This document shows, one piece after another, positions 58,501-64,000 of a stretch of 64,000 nucleotides of DNA (position 1 is its first letter; the number at the start of each line of letters is the position of its first letter). Source of the DNA: a virus. Below the pieces are notes generated by a model. It saw nothing but the letters and a program-made list of their open reading frames with translations. It was not told where the DNA came from and ran no database searches. The translations under genes were made by a program, and so were the position numbers. The stretch is from the IMG/VR virus record IMGVR_UViG_3300020193_000003; one strand, written 5' to 3'.

Positions 58501-60097
58501 CAAGCCCATGACGTTCGGCGAGCAACTGGACCAAGCCATGGACTTCTTCCTCAGGACAGCCGAACAGGACGGCAAAGAAGATCAGGTCGCCGACCCGAGG
58601 GACAGTCTTGAGGACAGGGATGTCTCCTTCATGAAGGGGGCGGCCAAACTGGCGGCCCTCGAGCTGGCCCAGACCGAGGAGGGAAGGAAGAAGGTCAGGG
58701 AGGCGATGGCGACGGCGATTCTCGATACTTTGGCTGGGGCCGAGCCAGCACTGGAGAAGGACCCGTCACTGAGGCGGGCCACGACCATCAGAATCCACAT
58801 GAACGACAGGTCGGATCTGAGAAAGTTCGCCGGGTACGCAAGTTCGGAGATCGATGGGGATGGCAGGGTGGGGCTCGTCGTATCGCTGGTTCCCAACGTG
58901 CTGGTCTTTGACTCGAGCTTGTTCGTAGGATCCGACGAAGGCCCGTTGTCCAAGGGGCAGGGTCTGTCCGAAGTTTTCCGCTTCGCCGGCTCCGACGATT
59001 ATCACTTCGGGCTCGGCGTGCACGAGTACGCGCATTTGGAGCACTACAGGTCGTGGTACGCGAGCCTCGGGTTGCGGGTCGGACGGGACGCGCCACCGTT
59101 GTCGGCGCAGCCGAAAGGTCGCCTCGGCGACAGCCTGATCGGGGCGGAAATATCCCGGAAACACAACTTTCCGATGGATGCAACCTGGGACGAGGTTCGC
59201 GAGACGTTCGCCAAGACACTCGGCAACCAATGGGATGCGCGGCAATTGGCCGACCAACACAACATCATGCATATCTCTCATGCCCCCAGCCTCGACGATT
59301 CCATCTACGAGATAGTTGAACAAATTTCCCATGGAAGCAAAAAGGAACAATTACGACAAATAAGGGGAGCCTGGTCCAAAGACATTGGCGGACAAATAAC
59401 GGATGTTTTGACCCCGGCTGGAGCAACCAACTACAGGGCGCAGGATTTCGGCGCCATGCTCAGCGCGCTGACGAGCTACGAAAGAAGCCTGGAGAATCCG
59501 TTTTTGGGCATGAATCCGGAGAACCTGACAGAGGAGCAAAAGCGGTGGGTAATCGAAAGGATAAAAATGCCGGAAAAAATTGGTAGCAAATTCCTCGCGT
59601 TGGAAGGCAGGGATGGGTGGGACGACGAAGTGAAGTTCCTTGACGCCCCGGCGGTGAGAAAGATCGTGAACGATGTGCTTGAGGGGCAAACGCCGGAAGA
59701 GTTCCTGGCCGAGCACAAGAGGATCATGGACCAGGTGCTTGGTTACGACTCCGGGTTCGCCTCGACGCTTGGCGTGCCGACCGACGAGGTCATGCGGGTT
59801 CTGGGCAGGTCGTCGCTGTACGGGCAGACGAACATCATGGAGGCCGTCGCCGAGGCCCGAGTGGTGACCCTCTATGCGGAGCGTTTCCGCGAGTCGCTCA
59901 GCATCAAGCAGCTTGAGCAAGTCGAGGAGATGAGGGAAATGCTGGAACGGGTGCTCCCGGACCCGTCCGGCGGCGTGGCGGTTCGGAACCTGACGCCGGA
60001 GGCGAAGGAACATTTTGCTAGACTGGCGAGGATGTTGGGCAAACTTCCGATACTGAAACTCGACCCTGAAGCACTCAAAGCGGCACTCAGGGCGTAG
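49553..60097 (+). CDS. Giant polyvalent protein (~3514 aa): two zincins, Pro-rich linker, coiled coils, KTSC, GNAT
   Basis: Probable ATG at 49553; HELNH (51581); HEYAH (59021) with YGQTNIMEAVAE; KTSC-like SSVARDITYD..L.V.Y...F.DVP; GNAT ISPEYRGKGIA...WARNGF; six AGM-type linkers. Confidence 0.88.
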   Translation: MSPTPFRIPFNAKIVARHGTTSVYALRDGRLAFVDHTKNRTFFDGSRDVGTGTYGSGHNSAWADSRIVAVASKGGSASFAQTKALKPKQSRVPQEAPDQPGEEIPDEAFSRLMPMIPKEFLDWAASYEIGDPLPPMMPGYGGRTLCSKSINDTSYSQDDFGVDQVVERVLADMGLPDINPALAFAPEIETKGLPRMEQKGILGREIRDMARNIVDSILTARGLWKDELNKIRCGSGPNANRFTDIFGTGCDVPGADMAGNIVGAIRAGVDVPGPVDEVAGKIEGARESVADAADGIDVPGGKSSLGERLRMALTRVRGGHTPHYVADMPGDIDPAAGMSDVLNRRSDKRGGFLFVRSLVSRNKRRERAKKAVGRFESAEKMAREAFATREYRDWEQDFTLRKGRLPNQGEKLNWLAEHIGWKGQFRDAAGKLVTDEHGNPVGSFGGLADTAVVDGVVTDMTHFEAMVEQIVRDPRFVEGGNFDRLSEAQKRRRREEVARNIYEYGLQTLFAMKNAGGPEKIEQIQPDGSRILVDNPEHKKRFAEVIPTHFRVIHPTDPSNFRGLADAAVVTGVNSFEPGFDDEIDFVPLLGTDRRMTAGRPLTAGVQRHGRVAGSLPLYAHENQTRGGEIPFVASISLNPVWFTDRQTQKDKLKAFGGDHLGMDISREAFWAHTADHELNHVDDFAQRLGNKLGYWGELGGGREEWMRRLSQQTYTRTPTGGYWSNVIDLRKDAASYTFLGQQIAELDAKLAAATTTYERQKAIWFFYMQNMRFNERTMSDFARWMNRSGAGFTPGKRLSKAEQAAMLTEIFENLRARGYSEEHGVPTFSFWEDMMDTPLGYWDPATGKFEFPMDPRTGRLNPYPLNVMNLQPKWTGRRTPANVPFSENVATFGIELDPARFGPGRDPYGQARLDNSVSNLLHGYIGGTYAGEDDYEFAAELRTQLNKQGALADVREFLADPARNIHQLTEADFMTLVARYVGTDEVHRLYGEPVPGPRALPDGVIGPGGGAPPPPGAGGPPGGAPRGPMIPLGPGSPPRTPPDGGGGATPPPASPGSRGTATGPTIPTVPRADDPDIPTPDDTTPPPASPRLRGTATRPTIPMRPSDEGPEAPGDAPEPEAPSRVRGTGVRRPTRPTTDDDLVEPTVRPETDADRVSPERRRADADRERRVRELFGDEEDPAERERSGTRTTDSAEETSPDRPRTTASAARDELNAARKRARDRRFAEREEADKRAEEASRRMAEARYYEGVYGDVEQAVEDAKRNIPSDSRINPRDRERRVRTMDEQVAARRKALDKASAATDPKERRGQQIVAAALEAELMYKAGQIDYRTNERRQADLSVLADLNGTPLYRDDQGMFKLESSVPEWQRTEGPDSIDDSAESVASRTALAERMFGESEASELLGTRSSETDGPTADSQADRLRLNQIREERVNATARVADAETRHDEALRRARRTGSDPDRGGDGDPAAWADYRAAYEELNEADAENARLLRESRELEDRIPKSETPTPATTRDPSRRSYERPETPEGIIVEGETPQRQIRMINQTTGEIIYVDPSNARIMDEVRAEGFAPDVRQPTAPARRQASGREKPRTKPAREPDWVRRERARRDRAGLADDIPGYDDEPDVGMAPPVRRGSDSDGVREFLEEGDGAFMTPEQARLQRDGAVERRESAISQRERLINERDGVENGVVGRNLTDDQAQRRVEELNRQIADLERRIDDHERTAELFSEHARKLEEGIPIRGRRGGDAEAGMALYRPKNVVTTTNDPPTSMNPGTITSDGGFQAYTFDFATYEFDGPDGMERIIFEDPNLVNMDDPSIRVIPRNPYAITGTDELSEEGRSLARRYHLAKAGLMERNRLAGEKDQYDVDGYVDSLLYRASMGDPEAEALIAELSDLGEQIREEARARRIAKDLDDSFGEIAQSEIDGSKGAATLKALTPDKLALVHETKYEPRVLPDGTLEIQPLADFPTNPPSEGLDTIDGKPTYPNVNYPRHTVHFGVGGLAGGHVQRQSPKDIDPNQRVWVVVTNFGEAMDANPGSVETMRLEDTSLTPRAGEGLRFPPGTFRILELTGDKKADFATMNGAILEVGGTPLPADMDYSRYGGSARSRRISQMAAELGFPSVLDVDHPSSLGHRGSMRRGNFIDRREAFATALPIEESSLSMLSDNSLERISTSTHTYGGGVVRYVNDSDTYIELFPPDLQERIDQGLISKRDARRELTGRVEARRAARAQSADGPSAGMARGTSEEIFMRPDGTFDIGPDTGGRSALRPSRIDEEVVNQAVIQARQEVVSEVLDNPFATDQDFGRASQAIDLMEDAIGADAAERLRNRLARARARRDRNSPQTMPEIRPYLIRPPQYGDDSFGNRNRVGDMARAMSRPDDPRNPPRTATARLAHMDTANSSVARDITYDPQNGDLTVTYNDDRVVTFTDVPYERVRKAGFDDLPDDLISELENEQNQMRSRPIGRMSDGNRARRNVSGPRRLLSEGNFRSNERRQPPGAEQFDDGPSAGMGRTYETLVGTHANVVSRKRDELAKAQQTLDGIGTRRDKGLVTEDEAKAVASAFADLFSGDMRVQSNFEGRLRTELLSDGRTMVRLDAQVNWEEMVQVQDLTSIPITMQIKSADGKTIYGYASRRLEIGEDGITVHHGSLTISPEYRGKGIASEFNARNENLYKALGVRSITTSGSSSSVTSTNNPFEDQVIGTGATHWARNGFTWRDDDAKQKFIGIIDSALSRKPGIFSDEERQRISSLYKRGRSGDFQTSATAEELVDFEAADRLFAEEGAIIGYRRDLAPAEIAAPKPSRLTRIADRLGRRSRNRRDETDGPSFEPPPWDPDAELEEALDDRRARRIAESLAAAELPDFVRDWDPEAGMAETRRARSAAKRRNAAMARNVGPALKGDTDVKEKSVDPAPPPFSRRDSQKLTQVTADSDALNASIVQQRKALVDKYAPGRHGEPVESYADELMDSMGVARETGLKGKPMTFGEQLDQAMDFFLRTAEQDGKEDQVADPRDSLEDRDVSFMKGAAKLAALELAQTEEGRKKVREAMATAILDTLAGAEPALEKDPSLRRATTIRIHMNDRSDLRKFAGYASSEIDGDGRVGLVVSLVPNVLVFDSSLFVGSDEGPLSKGQGLSEVFRFAGSDDYHFGLGVHEYAHLEHYRSWYASLGLRVGRDAPPLSAQPKGRLGDSLIGAEISRKHNFPMDATWDEVRETFAKTLGNQWDARQLADQHNIMHISHAPSLDDSIYEIVEQISHGSKKEQLRQIRGAWSKDIGGQITDVLTPAGATNYRAQDFGAMLSALTSYERSLENPFLGMNPENLTEEQKRWVIERIKMPEKIGSKFLALEGRDGWDDEVKFLDAPAVRKIVNDVLEGQTPEEFLAEHKRIMDQVLGYDSGFASTLGVPTDEVMRVLGRSSLYGQTNIMEAVAEARVVTLYAERFRESLSIKQLEQVEEMREMLERVLPDPSGGVAVRNLTPEAKEHFARLARMLGKLPILKLDPEALKAALRA

Positions 60098-60109
60098 GGG
60101 GGTGGCACC

Positions 60110-60316
60110 ATGCGCGAGCGCGTTTTCGTCACGGACCGGCGTCATTTTTACATCATGTCCGAGGACCAAAAAGAGACGTGGTACAAGGTGGTGGTGCGAA
60201 ACTCCACCCTCGAGCCGCACGAGTGGGCCTGGCTGCAGCTCAACGAGCCCGAGGAGAAGCCGACGACCATAGACGACGACAATCTGGAAGAATGGCGCAA
60301 AGTCTGGAATAGCTAG
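60110..60316 (+). CDS. Small hypothetical protein after the ~3514-aa gene
   Basis: 68 aa, 12 nt downstream of the giant ORF. Confidence 0.6.
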   Translation: MRERVFVTDRRHFYIMSEDQKETWYKVVVRNSTLEPHEWAWLQLNEPEEKPTTIDDDNLEEWRKVWNS

Positions 60317-60406
60317 ACAATTGACTGGCTCGTCGCAACCCGTCAATGGGGTACAATCAAATAGCCAGCCTCAGGTGGCCATCCACGGCAAGGGCGTAAG
60401 TTACCG

Positions 60407-63157
60407 ATGACTCGTAGAAAGATAGGTTTTGGGCGCAGGGGTCGCGACTCGTTCGTCGACGACAAGACCGACGTCGCCCTGTCGTCCGTGACGCAGCTGG
60501 CGGAGACCTTGAGGACGAAGGTCATGCGACCCATCGGCGCCGGGCTCCTCCCCCCGCCCCACCTGGTGAGGAACGCCGACTCGGACCCCTACATCTACGA
60601 GGGGATCCCGTGGATCAACAGGGGCCGCGGGATAATCGACCCGACGCCAGGCAACGTGCAACCACTCAACAGAAGGCTGAGAAGGGAGGCGCAGGCAAAC
60701 CTCGGAACCCCGGCGCGAATCGTCGCGATGCGACCAAGTCCCATGGTCACCATGAGCCACGCGGACGGGCCCGTGGCGGCCATGGTCGATCCGAGAATTC
60801 TGTCTCGCCCAGAGAACATCATCCCGATCGACGAATTCTCGGGGCCGATGCAGGAGATTGAAACCCGCGTCGACGCGATTCTCGGGCCCAAACCGGCGAC
60901 GCTCAAGGAGGCGACGGACAACCTCAAGAAATTGGAGAACATCGTCAATTCGGGGGTCGCCAACGGCAACAACTTCCTGCTTGACCTCCCGTATTTTGCG
61001 GCGCAAATGCAACCAGGGTTGGCTCGGGTCAGCCCCAGGTTTGCCGGGCCGGCCACGCCGATGTCCAGTTACGACTACGGGTTGTACTACGGGATTGCGG
61101 TCAACCTGATCGATTATCCCGAGGCCTTCAGGGATGTTCATTTGACGATCACGACGATCAACAATCCCGACGAGCAAACCCCAGAAACAATTGGGGCGAA
61201 CACGGCGTCCCCGCCGTCCTACTTCAAGATTTCCCCGAAATCCGAGTCCAGGAGGGAAGTTCCGGGAGGAACGCCCATGATGCTCCTGAGTCAGGTCAGG
61301 GCGGACACCGGTGTCAACGACATGTCGGGAGCCAAAATTCACCCAACCGGAGGGAAAGCCACCACCGGCGCGCGCCTGCCGCAAATCGTTTCCTTTCCCA
61401 CATACAAGAGCGACGGCCAGAAGGCAACCAAATTGATGTACGGCCAACAAGCCATCCACGAACTTGAAATTCCGGAAGATTACATTGAGAAATTGGAGCA
61501 AAATCTGGCTTTTTGGGAAAAGGTCCTTGCGGCGACGGGGGTGGCGCGACAATCGCTCATCGACTCCACGGTCTCGTCCGTGGCGCTGGGTTATTTGCAG
61601 GAAATGCAAAACCTGCAAGGGAAAATATCGCAACTCAAAGACATGACGTCCCAAACGCCCCATCCGAACGCCCTGCAGTCGGTCCGGGCGCTGGAACAGA
61701 GAATGTCGGAACTCTACTCCGAGTCCCAAAAAGCGGTCGCGATGGTGACGGCGATGCACGAAATGGGCCACGTGCTCGACTATGTGGGCGAGTACAGAAG
61801 CTCCCCGGACTATTTGAACGCAATCGCCCAGACGTCCAGTGGCTTGAACAGCCAGTACGAGATGGATCGCGACTTGGGCGTCGCCCAAGCAATTGCACAG
61901 GGTTTGGACCACCCCATAAAGGCGGACCTAGCGGAAAATCTGTCAAGGAAGTTCGTCAAGGAAAAACTCCTGCAAATGATTGGGATCATATCCAGGAGGA
62001 AATCATTGCCGCAGGTGCGGGCGATGGCGCAGGTCGTCGGAGACGGGCTCATGGCGATGGATGCCTCCCTGAAGGGCATGCTCCGCAAGCGGGCTTCCCC
62101 GGCCGACACCGAATCCGACGTCAAAATTGTCACTCGCGTTTGGTACGACATCCTCGCCCGCGAAGTGGGCGACATCAACAGTAGAATTATGCCGGGAACG
62201 CTGATCGCGCCGCTTGTCAACTCGCAAGTTATTGAGCCCAGGCTGGTGTCCGATCCAGCGAAATTGACGAAGATGGCCGAACAGGCCATAAGCCAGATCA
62301 GGAAAATAGGGGAGGACAGCATCGCCGCGTTCGCCGACCCCGGGGCCAGAGAGCAGTACGACTTCTACGTTGAATCCATAGATGCCCTCATCAAGGCGGC
62401 GGAGGAAAGAATCAGTCTCTTTCCTCGTCCCCAACAACGTGCGATCGCACTGGCGGTGACGGCGATAGCGGCCCACAACAGCTACCTGGAAGGGTTCAAA
62501 GCCTTCATGCTCAACACGAGCCAGGAGATGAATGATCTAGCGCAGGAAGAACAAGCTCTCGCGTATCTAGCCCCCTGGTTCGGGAACAACGTTACCCAGG
62601 AGGACATGGACCAGGCAGTCCTCAACAACGGCAGGAAGATCATGACCGATTTGTTGACCGTCAACCCCGCGATGGTCCGGGAGTTCATGGAGATCTACGG
62701 ACGCAACGAAGGCAAACCGTGGTTTGACGGCGCCGGAGCGTTTGATGCGACCGAGTACCTGAAGGACATCCTGGGGGGTGGGCCAAACAACCTGAAGGGC
62801 ATAACTTTTGCCGAGCTGGTGATGGTGATAAACCAATGGCACGGAACCCAAGGAACCAACGGTTGGAAGAATCTCACCGACAAGGAGATAGGGCTCATTC
62901 GGTCCGCCGTTGACAAACTCACCGAATACGGCGGTCCGGCGGATTACGATTTCGTGATTCCTTTGCCAAAGTTCCAAATGTCAACCAACAAGGAAACCTA
63001 CGCCGAGCTGCATCCGATGATCCTGATGAGAATGGAGCGAATGTTGCAAAGGCTCACCGCCGAGGAGAGGCGAGCGGTGGAGCGTCTGTACGAAGAGATG
63101 ATCGCAAGGGCCAGAGCCGTCATAAACCGCACCAACCAGGGAGGCACAACGCCATGA
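60407..63157 (+). CDS. Zincin-like metallopeptidase-containing protein with shared N-terminal motif
   Basis: RNADSDPYIYEGIPWINRGRGIIDPTPG; DGPVAAM linker; HEMGH (61757) and TNKETYAE. Confidence 0.8.
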   Translation: MTRRKIGFGRRGRDSFVDDKTDVALSSVTQLAETLRTKVMRPIGAGLLPPPHLVRNADSDPYIYEGIPWINRGRGIIDPTPGNVQPLNRRLRREAQANLGTPARIVAMRPSPMVTMSHADGPVAAMVDPRILSRPENIIPIDEFSGPMQEIETRVDAILGPKPATLKEATDNLKKLENIVNSGVANGNNFLLDLPYFAAQMQPGLARVSPRFAGPATPMSSYDYGLYYGIAVNLIDYPEAFRDVHLTITTINNPDEQTPETIGANTASPPSYFKISPKSESRREVPGGTPMMLLSQVRADTGVNDMSGAKIHPTGGKATTGARLPQIVSFPTYKSDGQKATKLMYGQQAIHELEIPEDYIEKLEQNLAFWEKVLAATGVARQSLIDSTVSSVALGYLQEMQNLQGKISQLKDMTSQTPHPNALQSVRALEQRMSELYSESQKAVAMVTAMHEMGHVLDYVGEYRSSPDYLNAIAQTSSGLNSQYEMDRDLGVAQAIAQGLDHPIKADLAENLSRKFVKEKLLQMIGIISRRKSLPQVRAMAQVVGDGLMAMDASLKGMLRKRASPADTESDVKIVTRVWYDILAREVGDINSRIMPGTLIAPLVNSQVIEPRLVSDPAKLTKMAEQAISQIRKIGEDSIAAFADPGAREQYDFYVESIDALIKAAEERISLFPRPQQRAIALAVTAIAAHNSYLEGFKAFMLNTSQEMNDLAQEEQALAYLAPWFGNNVTQEDMDQAVLNNGRKIMTDLLTVNPAMVREFMEIYGRNEGKPWFDGAGAFDATEYLKDILGGGPNNLKGITFAELVMVINQWHGTQGTNGWKNLTDKEIGLIRSAVDKLTEYGGPADYDFVIPLPKFQMSTNKETYAELHPMILMRMERMLQRLTAEERRAVERLYEEMIARARAVINRTNQGGTTP

Positions 63158-63522
63158 ACGACGAGGAATTTATCAAAATAAGACGGGAAATAGAGTCGAT
63201 GACCAAAGACGATATCCACACCAAATTCAATTTGCCCAGAGAGATGGACTTGAGCGAGTTGCCGATGATAGACGCGACCGCGGACAGGTTCTTCCCACCA
63301 CGCGTCCATCCGTTGGCGAAACAGATGGTTGCACGCCTACTGGACCATTCGATTCAAAATGGAGATAGTCCGTTGCAAACAAGGATAACTATGTCAATTG
63401 CTGTACCGATTATCGCAAAAGCGTTCGCGGGCGGAAACGAGGCGACCTCGGTCGACCTCGAGATTGACGAGCTTGAGCGAATCGGCGACAAAATACGGAG
63501 GTTGATCGACGATGAAAACTGA
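63154..63522 (+). CDS. Small acidic protein coupled to the 916-aa gene
   Basis: ATGA overlap, GGAGG RBS. Confidence 0.65.
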   Translation: MNDEEFIKIRREIESMTKDDIHTKFNLPREMDLSELPMIDATADRFFPPRVHPLAKQMVARLLDHSIQNGDSPLQTRITMSIAVPIIAKAFAGGNEATSVDLEIDELERIGDKIRRLIDDEN

Positions 63523-64000
63523 TGACACGGGAGTGAAGGCGGATCCGCTTGGCGGCCTGCTGCCGCAGGAGGTCGTCACCGGCGACATAATGCGCGGCTA
63601 CGGCCCGCGGCGCGGGAACCTCGAGCGGTTGCTGCGCTACTGGAGACCGATAATGAAAAAGCCTGGCGGCTTCCGGAGATGCAGGGTGATCCTGGCGAAC
63701 CACCCCGAGCTCTACCCGCTGAACAACATCTGCGCCTGGTTGCACCACGAGACGACGGGCCTCTGGCCCAACGAGGGTTGCCACCACCCGGGGATGAAGA
63801 ACTGCAGGAGGAAGTTGCGCGGAGTGGTGAACGGGTCGCTGTGGAGCGACTCGGATTTTGACGACCGCATCAGGAAGCTGACGAGGAGGGTGACCAAGAA
63901 GAAGGACCTTCGGTCCAGCGGTGGAATCGACGCGGCGCCACCGTACGAGCCGTTCGTCCCCGTCATCACCGACGACGACTGGGACCACGCCTGGAAGGTC
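63512..64000 (+). CDS. Partial head-associated protein (runs off window)
   Basis: Not in the ORF track. ATG at 63512 with GGAGG upstream; open frame MKTDDTGVKADPLGG...LLRYW...PGGFRRC...CAWLHHETTGLWP. Confidence 0.65.
   Translation, partial: MKTDDTGVKADPLGGLLPQEVVTGDIMRGYGPRRGNLERLLRYWRPIMKKPGGFRRCRVILANHPELYPLNNICAWLHHETTGLWPNEGCHHPGMKNCRRKLRGVVNGSLWSDSDFDDRIRKLTRRVTKKKDLRSSGGIDAAPPYEPFVPVITDDDWDHAWKV

Noticed and set aside
22945-60097. Inteins or virion RNA polymerase explaining the giant ORF sizes
   Set aside because: I found no intein splice-junction or LAGLIDADG motifs and no NADFDGD or T7-like polymerase motifs. DADLD lies in a short leader repeat.

Overview
This window is 64 kb of a large, GC-rich tailed dsDNA phage or prophage with a contractile (myovirus-type) tail. 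The host is probably actinobacterial (inferred from GC content and leaderless TAnnnT promoters). Positions 1-20.4 kb (minus strand) carry, in transcription order: large terminase, a recombination block (Rad52/Sak-like SSAP, Cas4/RecB-like nuclease, HNH, RuvC-like), a ParB/PAPS-reductase(IbrA-like)/ParB(IbrB-like) block, neck genes, sheath, tube, a tail assembly chaperone with a -1 frameshift, tape measure and baseplate genes. Positions 20.4-64 kb (plus strand) carry a portal-MuF fusion, then a greatly expanded head module. In it an HK97-type prohead protease is the N-terminus of a 5106-aa protein, followed by 600-, 619-, 2362-, ~3514- and 916-aa proteins; no major capsid gene is reached in the window. 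The most notable signal is that the giant proteins are strings of unrelated effector-like domains (sigma70-region-4-like HTHs, DEDDh exonuclease, WYL-like, ADP-ribosyltransferase-like, SLOG, KTSC, GNAT, zincin peptidases). These domains are separated by about 28 copies of a conserved linker, (D/G)-(G/A/P)-E-A-G-M-(A/S/G), and four proteins share a DxDxD motif that in three of them continues to GRG-x-x-DPTP. Together this suggests virion-packaged polyproteins that are proteolytically cut into a cocktail of anti-host effectors. All domain calls come from motif recognition by eye, not database searches.
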